This document shows, piece by piece, positions 52,570-64,000 of a DNA stretch of 64,000 nucleotides (within the stretch, counting starts at the first letter, position 1; each line of letters begins with the position of its first letter). This DNA comes from Negaprion brevirostris (taxonomy: Eukaryota), in contig JARDVH010000163.1 of NCBI GenBank assembly GCA_030324005.1, positions 102,280,957 to 102,344,956 on the forward strand. The letters are read 5' to 3'. The position numbers were made by a program, and so were the translations under genes. The notes beneath the pieces are model-generated. The model did no database searches. It was given only the letters and a program-made list of their open reading frames with translations, and was not told the DNA's origin.

Positions 52570-54640
52570 AAGATCATAAGACAAAGGAACAGGAGGAGGA
52601 AATTCAGCCCCTTGAGTTTGTTTGCTCTGCAATTCTGTTAAGATCACGATGGATCTGACTGTGACCATAACTCCACTTTCCCACCCATCCCATCTATAAC
52701 CTTTGACTCCCTTGGTAACAAAAATGTCAAACTCAGACTTGAATGGATTCAAGACCCAAGTTCCATTGCGCTCTGTGAAATACAATTTCAAAGATTAACA
52801 ACCAGCTGAGGGAAGGCATTTTTATCATTTCCAACTTAAATGGTAGATCCCCTTACTCTGAAACTTATCCCTAGTTCTACATTCCTCCACAAGATGAAAC
52901 ATTTTCTTAGTGTCTACCTTATCTGCCCCTCAGAATATTATATGTTTGAATAAGATCACCACTCATTCTTCCAAACTCAATGAGTACAGGCCCAACCTGC
53001 ATAACCTTCCCTCACAAGAAAATCCACCATCTTCGGAATCAGCCTAGTAAGCCTTCTCTGAACTGCTTCCAATACAAGTGTACAGAACTGTACACAAGGC
53101 TCTAAGCGTGGTATCATCAGTATCCTGTCTGCACCTTGGATGATGGATGTGCTCTCCCTCCACAGCCTCCAAGAGGGCTTTGATCTATCGCTTGACTCCG
53201 CCCATCCCCAGCCTCTGGCATTTTTTGCCCCCTGTATTTTTGTAGCAATACTTCCTTAGTTTTATACCCCTTGCAATGAAGACCAACATTCTATTTGCCT
53301 TCCTGATTACTTACTGTACCTATGGGGAAACCAGGCAGTTACATCCAGGTAAGGACTCAGCACGTTCAGGTGGAACATAGGAATTAGGAGCAGAAATAGA
53401 CAGAATCAGTCCTTTGAGGCTGCTCCATCACTCAATCAGGTAATGGCTGATCTCACCCTGGTCTCAAATCCACCTCCCCATCTGTTCCCATATTCCTTTA
53501 TGCTTTTTGTAAAATTAGAAAGATATCTATCTCTTTCTTGAAACCATTCAACGATTCAGACTCTAACACGCCATGGGACAGCGAGTTCCAGAAATTCACC
53601 AACCTCTGCGAGAAGTTGTTCCTCTTCATCTCAGTTTTAAATTCACTGCCTCTCCACCTATTTCTGTGACCTCCTGTTCTAGATTGCCCTGTAAGAGGAG
53701 ACATCAGGTCTACATTTATTTGATCGATCCCTTTTGAAATTTTATATACATCGATCAGATCCCCTCTCATCCTTCTAATCTCCAGCAAGTACAAGTTGAA
53801 ACAGTTTAATCTCTCCTCATACATCAACCCCTTCATCTCCAGAATCAATCTGGTGAATTTCCCTCTGAACTGCCTCCAATGCCACCATATCCTTCCTCAA
53901 ATTAGGAGACCAAAACTGGACACAATACTCCTGATGTGGTCTCGCCAACACTCTATACAATTGCAACAACACTTCTCTATTTTTATACTTCAGTCCTTTT
54001 GCAATAAATGCCAACATCCCATTTGCCTTTTTTATTACATGCTACACCTGCATACTGACTCTCTGTGATTCATGAACAAAGATACCCAGATCAGTCAGCT
54101 GGACACATAGTGAATCTGCTTTCCAAAATGGATAACCTCACATTTATCCACATTAAACTCCATCTGCCAAATTTTGGCCCATTCTCCTAGCCTATTTATG
54201 TCCATCTGTGAAATCTTTATATCTTCTTCACTGCCTGCTTGCCCGTCTATTTTAGTATCATCTGCAAATTTTGCTGTTACACTCTGCCCCTGCTTGCAGA
54301 TCATTTATACAGATTATAAACAGTTGAGGTCTGAGGATCTACCCTTGTGACAGCCCGCTAGTTATGTTACCTGCAGGTTCCTGATTATCCACCTTGCTGG
54401 TTATGTCCTCAAAGAGCTCAAGCAAGTTTGTTAAGCATGACTTACCCTTCATAAAACCATGTTGACAATGGTGGATTGAGCTTTGTCCTTCCAAATGGAC
54501 AGTCATCTCCTCCGTAATGATTGATTCCAGCAACTTCTTCACCATAACCTTTCGCCATAGGATAAACTCTTCATTCCAGGAATGAATTGAATGAACCTTC
54601 TCTGAACTGTTTCAAACACAATCATATCCTTTTTGAAATG
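52570..54640 (-). mobile_element. Cluster of CR1 fragments (52570-53325; 53373-54540; 54545-54640)
   Basis: Peptides QHGFMKGKSCLTNLLE, AKFADDTKI, WQMEFNVDKCEVIHFG, YEERL..RRMRGDLI; two 3' tails. Confidence 0.9.
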
Positions 54641-56446
54641 CTGCTTCAGGCATGCCTGCCTGGGAATCCCCTAATTATCGGACTCGGAGATGCGGACACA
54701 CATACACGTGGACAGGCGCACACGCAAAGCCTCTAACTTCAACCCAACCACCCCTCCACTGAAGAGTCTGATCCCCAAATCTGCCCACCCAAGGCTCTGA
54801 TCCCATTCCATTCCTGGGCCAATTGAATACAACTGAAGACTGCAATCACAAAGCTATATATGTAGACGTTTCTGTCAAGTTTCACATTCTCTATTTATTT
54901 CTATTGGATCAATGACGGCTGATTTGTTACAGGAGTGACTATTAGTGTGTAATAAATCTCACCCAGGACAGTTGCCTCATGCACTCTAAAGCAAAACAAT
55001 TGCTTCTTGGTGCTAAAATTAATTACATTTTCTCCCTGGTTACAGAAAAGTTTCCCACTTTCACACATTTAATTTGCAGTCTTTCATGGTTTTTTCTCTG
55101 AAGCCTCCTGTTATGTTTAGATATGAAGAAAATGTCCATTACCATAAACAACTTTTGAAAGTGTAATTGGAAAGCATATTGTGTCATCAACATAGGATGG
55201 AATTTAGTTCCCTCTTATGTGACGTGTTTGGTGGTGGGGAGGCATTTAATCAAGTGGGAGGGTTGGGAGCCCGTGGCCTTCTTGTCTCCTTCCAGGCAAG
55301 AGGGGGAATATATCCTTGCCCAAAGGCACTCAGTGCCTGATCGAGGGATACAGCTTGCTGAGAATCATGGCCCCACCCTCGCTTCCAAACACCAACCACC
55401 CTTGCATGCAAAGCCACTCACCTCCTTTCCCCACAACCTCCCTCACCCGTGACCACTCCCTGAAAACCCAGCCCTGCATTAGTCAACTGTCGCTTGGTAT
55501 GCAGTTTTGACATCTGATCCATTCACTAGACCTGCTGNNNNNNNNNNNNNNNNNNNNNNNNNNNNNNNNNCTGTACCCCAGGATGAACCCAGGGACGGCC
55601 AGCTATGTTCAAATGATTGACATTTGAAACAAAGGGTCTTCCTCTGCTAGCTTTCTGACTCCATTAAACACTACCCAATATATTATGTTCCTTTTATTTC
55701 ATTGCATTAATGTAGCTGTAGCTGTTGGTATTGAAACTGTTAGGTAGCAAAACTTCCAGCATTATCAAGGCATCTCAGACTTTGTTGCAAACGAAAAGGT
55801 ATTTAATGATAAAGGGAAACTTGGTACAGGGAGTTGCAGCCTACCCGGCTACTCCAGTTCTTACATGCTTACTACATGGCTTCCAGATGTATTCTGCCTG
55901 AGGGAGGACCTCACCTTTTGGGGTGATCGCTCACTCTCGGTTCCCATTGGTCCCTCAAGTCAGGTGACCATTTTTGTCTGTATTGTTTTAAAGAGACAGA
56001 TATCACAATCACTACAGAAACTAAAGGCATGTGTGCTACAAATAGTTAAACAGGTCAAAAACATACCAAGTTTTGTTCCTGATCACATGCACTTGAAACA
56101 TACAGTAAGTGTACCACGTAGCATATTAGTTAAGGTGCAACTTAGCCCTTCCAATTGCCTCCCTGATACAAGCAATTGACTCATAGTTTATTCAAATTGA
56201 GGGCCAAACTCCCATTCCACCCTCCACCACTAAATTGGACCATGTCTGACTGCAGTACATACCATGCATGAAGAAGTCAATTTTCTTGCATCTTGAAGCA
56301 ACTAAGTGAGCAACCCTTAAAGAAGCCACTGGAAACTGTGAGCAAAAAGCTAAGAAAAAAGTTTTCAAATACAAGAATGTGGTGCCAGGAGGAACAGGAG
56401 TGATCTATCATAATCACCAAATTATTACAATTTTTATAAACATTTT

Positions 56447-56567
56447 GGGCGGGATTTTATGCACATCCCAAAACCGTAAAATCCCACCCAAAGGCAACGG
56501 ATCTTTCCATGGTCCACCCCTCACCCGCTCTGATTCCTGTAGTGGACGGGACAACAAATTTCCAGCC
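56447..56567. mobile_element. Harbinger-type MITE, inverted relative to 33823-33948
   Basis: GGGCGGGATTTT ... AAATTTCCAGCC termini; internal reverse-complement similarity to the 33823 copy. Confidence 0.6.
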
Positions 56568-57594
56568 ATATTCTCATTAAAAAGCTTGCAGAGTTAGTAG
56601 TGGAATTTTCCACCTTTACTTGAAAATGTTGGCTCAGGCGGGAAAAATGGTATACACGGTTGGCTTTTCCTGTCATATTTTTAAATGCTTTGAAAAAATG
56701 TCTGGAGGCATGGCTCACACCATCAGACCGAAGGGCAGGGCCGGAAAAAGCCAGCAGTTGGGAATTCCAAGATTGGGCTTCCTGGCGCTGTCTCTTGCCA
56801 CCTGGCTGTGCTGAAGCAGTGTCAGAGTATGTCCCTCTCCCTCCCAGGGGCTAAACGGACTGTGCAACCCCAGCAGGTTCCCTTCAACTACTTTACATTG
56901 CAAGTAGCAGTTATAAACCTCGTCAATGTGAAGGGGAGAATTCCAAATGTGGGAAAGCCTGGTAATTATATTTAAATGTATTTAAAGGGCAGGAACCTCA
57001 CACCCACATTACTGTTTGTGCTTGCAACGGACACAAATCTGTGGCCAACATTTTTTCTATGTTTAGTTATACATCCTACTGTTTTTTCATTTATGTAAAT
57101 GGAATGTAAATTTTTAAAAAAGTATGTGGCACATGAATTAAAAATACATCAAACAGCTGCATGTCATTCACTAGCAGGAAGTATCTGCTGTAAACATTGC
57201 ACTTCCCTAATCATAAGTTCTTCATGCATTCTGGAACAGCAACAGCACAAGAAATAACTCAATGGCCCTCAAAAAGATAGACAAGCCAATGTTAAACTTG
57301 GTAAACAAGAAGTTTCTCTGATTAAGATGAGTACTTTGTCTATTCTACTTGTGATGGGAACTCTGTTTAATGTATTCAAGTTTTCAGCATGTACTTGAAA
57401 AATGTCCCACACAGATGGAGTTGAGAAAAAGGGGTGATATATTTACAGGTTTAGCATAAAAATTCACTTGCAATAATAATTGGGAGATGACGATGAATGG
57501 AAAAAGCTTTGTCATGTGGGAAGGTAACTGGTCATTGGCCAATGTGTGATCTTTTTAGCAATCTGTCCTGGAATCTCTGCTTTTATGTATTCGT

Positions 57595-57885
57595 TTGATA
57601 GAGCAGACGCAGCACGGTTTCGTTAAGGGGAACTCGTGTCTGACGAATTTATTGGAGTTCTATGAGGATGTGTCTAGGGCGGTGGATAGAGGAGAGCCGG
57701 TGGATGTGGTNNNNNNNNNNNNNNNNNNNNNNNNNNNNNNNNNNNNNNNNNNNNNNNNNNNNNNNNNNNNNNNNNNNNNNNNNNNNNNNNNNNNNNNNNN
57801 NNNNNNNNNNGATCTTATTGAATGGCGGGGCAGGCTCGAGGGGCGAGATGGCCTACTCCTGCTCCTATTTCTTATGTTCTTATGT
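57595..57885 (+). mobile_element. Young CR1 insertion collapsed over an N100 gap
   Basis: IEQTQHGFVKGNSCLTNLLEFYEDV..VDRGEPVDV; CpG-rich; tail cttatgttcttatg. Confidence 0.88.
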
Positions 57886-58424
57886 AAAGATGACCCTAAA
57901 TACTATGAAAAAACGTATTTACAGCAACATAAAATGTGCTGATATCAATATTGTGGTGATATATTACATGACCAGAATTAGCTTTTGAACCTGGCTGCAA
58001 GTGCATTTCTGAAACCATCCTGAAGAAATACATTTAGTGATTTTTCTTTCAGTTCTCTGTGGAAGTATAACACCCTTAATCTTCCCTTCTCACAATGGGG
58101 AAAGAAAACCTTGCAAGTATGGACTGCGATCATGAACCAATGCACCACACATTCCACAAAACATACACTGATACACCAACATGTTGTGCCAATCATGTCA
58201 CTCATTTAAACTGTAGCTCAGTTTAAGTAATACAGGAAAACTGCAGGCAGTCTGGACACCTTAAAGACATTTTGGACTACCCTTATTAACACCTTGCAGT
58301 CAAGGATGGCATAAAAACACAAAGGTAGTGCTGGATATTTTCAACTAGAAACCTGATGCTAGCATAAGCCAGACTGCCAAAGAAAGCAAACCAAAAGATT
58401 AATTAATGAACGATTATCATTGTT

Positions 58425-58555
58425 CTGAAGAAGTCATATGGACTCAATGTTAACTTTATTTTCTCTCTCCACAGATGCTGCCAGATGTGCTGAGTTTTTC
58501 CAGCATTTTCAGTTTTTGTTTCAGTTTCCAGCACCCACAGTATTTTGCTTTTATT
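58425..58555 (+). mobile_element. Penelope-like terminal fragment with decayed hammerhead core
   Basis: ctgaagaagtcatatggactc..gttaac..ctctctccacagatgctgccaga..gctgagtttttccagcattttc. Confidence 0.6.
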
Positions 58556-59527
58556 ACATTAGGTAAGTGGCCCCTAAATATTAGGGGAGAACTCTAATAT
58601 CTCGAACCTGATTTAAATATTGGGAACAAGGAGTGAAGCTTCTATTTTAAAGTAATTGTTCATTAAATTAATTAAAATTGAGCAATTAATGACTCTGGAA
58701 GATTTGTCTGATCAAATGGCATCTTGAAAAAAGATTTGTGTGTTTAATTAATCATCTTGACTAATAGTCAGTTCCTCCAAATAAGGTTTTTCTTAATGAA
58801 ATTGGAGGTAATTAAGTACATACTTTGTCCACCTAAATCAAGTATGGAAAAAGGCCTCTCAGCAAGTTAACAGAAGTTGTCCCAAGCTTCTGAACCGGAT
58901 CTCCAAATACTGAGACAGAGTTTGCATGAAGGTTAAAAACTTGAGTCAAATACCCAAAAGGAAGGATTTGTCAAGCTACTACAAAAAATGAGGTTAGATT
59001 TCTAATGATCTTGTCACAATCTTAGATATTGGAAACCTACCAGCTATACGTTAAACAGATTGTAAATACAGCCTTGTTATCCCGCACTGTAAACTTCAAC
59101 AATGAAAGTAATTTCTTTATATTAAGTGCGCTCCATCTCATGCTGAGACAGTGATACATTCAAATTAATGTTGTGCCATGACTCTTTAGATTCTGTTCAC
59201 TGATACAAAATGTCCAATTATTGTAAAATAGAGTGGATTTTGATCGTAGTGTTAAATAAAGTATGCACTAGTTACAGCATCTTTACACTCCCGCTATGCA
59301 AGTATATCTTTCCTTAGATAAGGAGACTAAAACTGCACTTGTTCCTACAAGCATGGTTTCACCAAAGCTTTACACAATTGCAGTGAGGCATCTTTACTTA
59401 AAATTCTCTTTTAATAAAGTCCAACATACCATTTGATTTCTTAATTGACTGCTGTACCTGCATGTTAGCTTTCAGTAACAAGGACACCCAATCCTCTGAA
59501 GTTCAACACTTCCTAGTCTCTCATCAT

Positions 59528-59815
59528 TACTGCTGCAACACAGTGCCAGGGACCTAAGTTCGATTTGTGGCTTGGGTCACTGTTTTTGAACAGTCACGTT
59601 CTCCCACGTTCTGCTTGGGATTTCCTCTGGGTGCTCCTGTTTCCTCCCACAATCTGAAAGACGTGCTGGTTAGGTGCATTGGCTATGCTAAATTCTCCCT
59701 CAGTGTACCCAAACGAGCGCCAGAGTGTGGTGACTAAAGGATTTTCACAGTAACTTAAGTGCAGTGTTAATGTAAGCCAACTTATGACACTAATAAATAA
59801 ACTTTAAAACTTTAT
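59528..59815 (+). mobile_element. V-SINE (1835 subfamily), 5'-truncated
   Basis: V-core plus tail ttcacagtaactt..gcagtgttaatgtaagcc.acttatgacactaataaataaacttt. Confidence 0.85.
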
Positions 59816-60526
59816 TTAATAAATACTCTGCACTTGTCTTTCCTAACCAAAGTAGATCATCTCATGTTTCTGTCTGCCAGATTTCTGCCCACTCCTTAGC
59901 CTCTCGAAATCCCCTTGAAGCATCTAAGGATACTCTTCACAATTCACACTTCCATCTAGTTTTGTGTCATCTTCAAACTTGAAGATAGTACCTTTAATTC
60001 CCGCATTCAAACCATTGATATAAATTGTGAAAGTTGAGGCTTAACCATTGATACTTGCAGTATTTCATCAGACACAGTTTGCTAACCTGAAAAAGACTAA
60101 TTTATTCCTATTGTTTTCTGTCCAGTTCTCAATCCAGTACATTCCTGAGTTCCATGTGCCCTACTTCTGTTACTAACCTCTTGTGCGCTGCCTTATTAAA
60201 AGCCTTCTGAAATTCTAAATACTTTTAATCTACTGGTTCCCCCTTATCTTATCTATTCTACTAGTTACACCCTCAAAAAAACTCCAAAAGGTTTTAATGA
60301 ACATAATTTTGTCTATATAAATCAATGTTGACTCAACCCAATTGTACCATTATTTTCTAAGTCAAATCCTTTGCTATAGATTCTAGCATTTTTACAACTG
60401 GTGATATCAGGCTAACAGGTCTCTAGTTTCCCATTTTCTCCCTCCTTTCTTAAACAGAGTGGTTATGTTTACCACCTTCCAATCTGGAGAAACCAATCCA
60501 GAGTCTATGGAATTTTGAAAGATGAT

Positions 60527-60868
60527 GGGCAGCACGATGACACAGTGGTTAGCACTGCTGCCTTATAGCGCCAAGGACTTGGATTCGATTCCATCCTTGG
60601 GTGACTCTCTGGGTGGAGTTTGTACATTCTCTTGTCTACATGGGTTTCCTCTGGGTGTTCCAGTTTCCTCCCACAGTCCAAAGATGTGCAGGTTAGGTGG
60701 ATTGACCATGCTAAATTTCCTCTTAGTGTCCCAAGTTGTGTAAATTAGGGTGGTAAATACATGGTTACAAGGATAAGGCTTGTGTCAGATGCCCCATCAG
60801 AGATTCGGTGTGGATTTGACAGATCAAATGGCCAGTTTCTGCACTGTAAGGGGTCTATGATTCTATGA
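60527..60868 (+). mobile_element. HE1-like V-SINE with CR1 tail
   Basis: gggcagcacg.tg.cacagtggttagcactgctgcct head; tail ctgcactgtaa..ctatgattctatg. Confidence 0.85.
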
Positions 60869-61279
60869 TGACCACCAATTGGATCTACTATCTTTACAGC
60901 CACTTTTTTCAATGCTGTGGAACTTAGATAATCAAGTCCAGGAGATTTATTCAACCGAAGCTGCATTAATTTCTTTGTTTTTAAATAATACTTTGCAATT
61001 CTTCATTTATGCTAGTGAGTCAATGGTGGCTGAGTGGGAAAGGAGGGTACACAATTCATGAAGGCATATAACAATAGAAATGTGCCTGGGAAGTTTGTGT
61101 CTTGCAGCTCTCGAACGTCTGGAGATTATTGTACGTGGCTCTCAAGTTCAGTAAATTTGACCATTTCTGCTCTAGGTTTTAGTGTTTTAGAAACGGAATA
61201 GCAAAAGTTAAATGCTTATATAACTTAAACGTAGGTTTCAATTACTTGGTAGGTGCAAAAACCAAGGTGAAAACCTTAC

Positions 61280-61418
61280 CTCCAGTAAACTAGCACCCCT
61301 ACGAGAAGAATCAAGCAGACAAAAGTCAAAGCTGAGACAACCACCAATGGAATTATCCATTCCATCTTGCTGGAAGGTGAATAAGGTTGTGTAGCCATAC
61401 TTGAAGATGACCTGTCTT
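61280..61418 (-). CDS. PTPRG: PTPRG transmembrane exon (139 nt, phase 1 to 2)
   Basis: ttctgattctctgcag|AAGACAGG...TACTGGAG|gtaagg; translates x[45 protein letters not shown](R). Not in the ORF track. Confidence 0.95.
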
Positions 61419-62424
61419 CTGCAGAGAATCAGAAATAGGGGGAAAATAAAAATATAATTAGAAGTTAAAATAAAATTCTATTGGCAACATATAGTGTGAT
61501 AATATAAATCAGAACAGCATGATCTTGTCTGATACTGAACAGCAGATACTATCTTTTCTGTAAAGGGTCGCAAAGCATTATTCTTGTTGTCAAAATGCAA
61601 TAAAAATGCTATTAACATGATCGTCATAATTGCTCATTTAAAAATTGCAAACTTCAATAATAACCAAATGCCACACAATGTCTCATGCTATTTTCTGTTT
61701 AAATAATGTTTACATCCCTTTCCTGTAAGGTGTTAAGTTCATCTTTAGACAGGATATCCAAGGGCTCAGGATAAGTAGCAGCATATATAATCTTGCATAG
61801 TTCTCATTTAAAATCATTATAAAGGTGCAAATGAGGCAAGTCACTGGCACTTATCAATTGTTTTTGAATGCAATGATAGACTGACAATTCTCAATGTACC
61901 TCACGTGTGCCAACAAACAGGAATCAAATAGTACATATAGGAATATGGGCAGTAAAATATTTTCTTTTAATTTTGTGTTTTTTACAATATTTATCCAAAG
62001 ATGTTTAACTTTCAAAACTGTAAGATGAACATGTTTGTCCCTTGGTTCTTTAATTGGTATGCATCAACTCTGCAACAAAACTAGAACTACAATATCTGTT
62101 ATTGAATTATCTTTCAATATTTCTTTCTGGATACATGAACCAAATGCTATAGTTTCTAAATTAGGCAGAAGAATCCTGAACTGATTTTTAAATTAAGTGT
62201 ATATGGCTGAGAAAGGACTACGGGTAATTCCATCCCATTTTGACTGATGCAGCGGCAATGCAAGTTCCTTGTTTGAGGAACTGAATGTAGCTTCTATTTG
62301 CATTTTTAATCCACTTAGCATCCTCTTTCATTGCTAAAAGTCCTGGCACTTCTATTTTGAGCACATTTGCTAATATTTGTGGAAGGCCTCAATGAAACCT
62401 CTGTTATACAAATGTATTTCCCCC

Positions 62425-62732
62425 AAGGTTCTGCAGCAGTGGAATAGGTTTAAGGTGCGAGGGGCAAGTTTTAAAGGACATGCATGAGGCAAGTTTTTTT
62501 ACACAGAGGGTGGTAGGTGCCTGGAACTCGCTGCTAGGGGAGGTAGTGGAAGCAGATACAATAGTGACTTTTAAGGGGAGTCTGGACAGATACACGGATA
62601 GGATGGGAATGGAGGGATAAGGTCCCGGGAAGGGTAGGGGGCTTTAGTTCCATCAGACAGCATAGTCGATACAGGCTTGGAGGACCGAAAGGCCTGTTCC
62701 TATGCTGTAATTTTCTTTATTCTTTTGTTTTG
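62425..62732 (+). mobile_element. CR1 3' end
   Basis: tttacacagagggtggtaggtgcctggaac..ggaccgaaaggcctgttcctatgctgta. Confidence 0.85.
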
Positions 62733-62994
62733 TAGTCAGTATTATACAGGAAGATGAATGGAACATAGACTTTTTACAGAAAGGACAGGAAGGGAAGAGA
62801 CAATGGAAATGTCACAAAATTCAGAAAACACAGAGATTTTAGCCGAGTAGGAAACCATTTGTCTCTTCTTTCCTGTGCTGAATTTAGATTCCACTAAGGG
62901 CTAATTTTTCATTGTTACTTAATCAGAGTCTTCTTTATGTTCTTCTTCAGATAATGATCCAGGAACTTGTACTTGATTTAGAATTTATCACTAT

Positions 62995-63280
62995 TAATAA
63001 CAATGGAACAAAGAAAAGCAGGTGTATGGGAACACCACCGTCTGAAAGTTCATCTTCAAGTCACACAACATCCTGACTTGGAAATATATGAGACACTATT
63101 GTGTCATCATTATTGGATCAAAATCCTGGAAATCCAACCTAACAACACTGTGGGTGAACCTACACTACACAAACTGTAGCAATACAACAAGGTGGCTCAT
63201 CACATCTTCTCAGGGGCAATTAGGGATGGATAATAAATACTGGTCTGCCAGTGAGGTCAATATGCCATGAATGATATTTT
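62995..63280 (+). mobile_element. Non-LTR retrotransposon 3' end (26645 family)
   Basis: gggaacaccacc..caagtcacacaacatcctgacttggaaatata..ggggcaattagggatgg. Confidence 0.7.
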
Positions 63281-64000
63281 AAAAATTGCAAAATCCAGTT
63301 TTTTTTTATACTACAGAATTTGACACAAGTAGACTTCTGGAGAATAACAGTGATAAAGAATTGTATCACGCTACTGTCAAACTCTAATGAAAAGAGCTTT
63401 GAGTGATTTTGCATGACTGGGTATTTACACAAGTATCAGTTATAATGAAAATTATTCAGTGAAATCAAAAAGAGTGCTGCCTGTTCCAGCCCAATCTGGC
63501 TACACATTTTATTGAGAGATGAGGAAGAGGGGTGAGTTGATGGGTTAGTTTTGAGAAGCATTGAATTTCTTAAGCATTTGTTTTGTATGGGTATAGTGTG
63601 CAAAGGTGACCATTTGGTATTGAGGACAGGACAGCTGAAAGTTTGTCAGGTATAATTTATAATTGTTCCCTTACACAACACATTAGGAATAAGCTACAGG
63701 CAATTGGGATCTTGGTTTGTTTCTGGAGAAACGACCCTGATGCAGTGTCACATGACCACGGACAATTGCGACCACAACAGTAATCAGCTCAAATTGATCA
63801 GTTAAAGCAAACCTGCCGAAATTTTAAAGTTAGTTCTAAATGTAAAGAGGACTAGGTTTGCAAACTTGGCAAGTGATTTGTAACAGGATGATTGGACTAC
63901 TTTACTCGGTGGGGGCATTACCAACACAAAGGCCGGAATTTTCAGCCCACTCCACCTTGGATTTCACTATGCCAGGGTTAGAAAGTCTTTGAAATCTCTA

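Larger units (their letters stand above)
59260..60970 (-). mobile_element. Old CR1 ORF2 fragment carrying two nested SINEs
   Basis: KSPGLD, QH.F, DFQKAF.K, KF.DDTKL remnants on the minus strand. Confidence 0.75.

Overview
Eukaryotic (vertebrate) genomic DNA, AT-rich and TE-laden, with many 10-N/100-N scaffold gaps. The repeat complement (CR1 LINEs, HE1-like V-SINEs, Deu-domain SINEs, Penelope and Harbinger relics) points to a cartilaginous fish, probably a shark; this is inference. The window lies inside one minus-strand gene, receptor protein tyrosine phosphatase gamma (PTPRG). Ten phase-consistent GT-AG coding exons (61418 down to 4047) encode the transmembrane helix, the juxtamembrane region and an intact catalytic D1 domain ([23 protein letters not shown]). 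The ectodomain and D2 exons are not seen and presumably lie outside the window. Almost all long ORFs in the supplied track are TE fragments or N-gap artefacts. Most notable observations: (1) a candidate internal alternative first exon (36942-37033) that would give an ectodomain-less, TM-less PTPRG with an amphipathic Cys-rich N-terminus; (2) a 159-bp U2-snRNA-headed retroposon with a 17-bp TSD (SINEU-like); (3) a fold-back Penelope-type element with hammerhead-ribozyme cores and a 14-bp TSD; (4) inverted SINEs bracketing an in-frame three-exon catalytic block; (5) a TIR-bounded 3.2-kb Harbinger relic; (6) an exact 48-bp direct repeat flanking an exon.
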